64,000 nt of DNA from Patescibacteria group bacterium (GTDB lineage: Bacteria > Patescibacteriota > Patescibacteriia > UBA2591 > JAQWAS01), in the NCBI GenBank assembly GCA_028707495.1, contig JAQWAS010000005.1, forward strand, positions 1,065 through 65,064. Reading direction: 5' to 3'. Under the pieces are notes generated by a model that made no database searches, was not told where the DNA came from, and worked only from the letters and a program-made list of their open reading frames with translations. How positions within the stretch are numbered: position 1 is the first letter of the stretch; each line of letters begins with the position of its first letter. A program made the translations under genes and the position numbers. Shown one piece after another: positions 63,923 through 64,000 of the stretch.

Positions 63923-64000
63923 CTAATCGTGACCACCGTCTACCACTAAGATACTTCCAGTAATATAGCTAGCATCATCACTTGCAAAAAATAAAATTGC
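63923..64000 (-). CDS. C-terminus of an SDR-family oxidoreductase (runs off the window)
   Basis: Manual translation AILFFASDDASYITGSILVVDGGHD-stop. Confidence 0.85.
   Translation of the reverse strand, partial: AILFFASDDASYITGSILVVDGGHD

Overview
AT-rich bacterial chromosome segment, most likely Patescibacteria/CPR (inferred from the unlinked rRNA genes, divergent 16S and gene content). The core block is rpmH-rnpA-yidD-yidC, gyrA, rpsA, ftsH, dnaN, PBP1A, tyrS, rpsP-khpA-trmD, folD, thyX and HU. A probable oriC lies just upstream of dnaN, with no dnaA in the window. 16S(+) and 23S-5S(-) are split and convergent, and there are four tRNAs. Accessory DNA includes a defence cluster at the left edge and a type I R-M locus carrying inserted nuclease and HTH/Fic genes. 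The most striking signal is an integron-like gene-cassette array at 4.9-9.1 kb: five attC-like hairpins with non-canonical geometry, whose cassettes are bounded by their own long, cassette-specific inverted repeats. A sister attC site with near-identical arms lies on the minus strand at 63.7-63.9 kb. No integrase is visible. There is also a family of 15-bp mini-palindromes, two of them inserted in the T-loop of a duplicated tRNA-Arg 3' end. All calls are by eye, without database searches.
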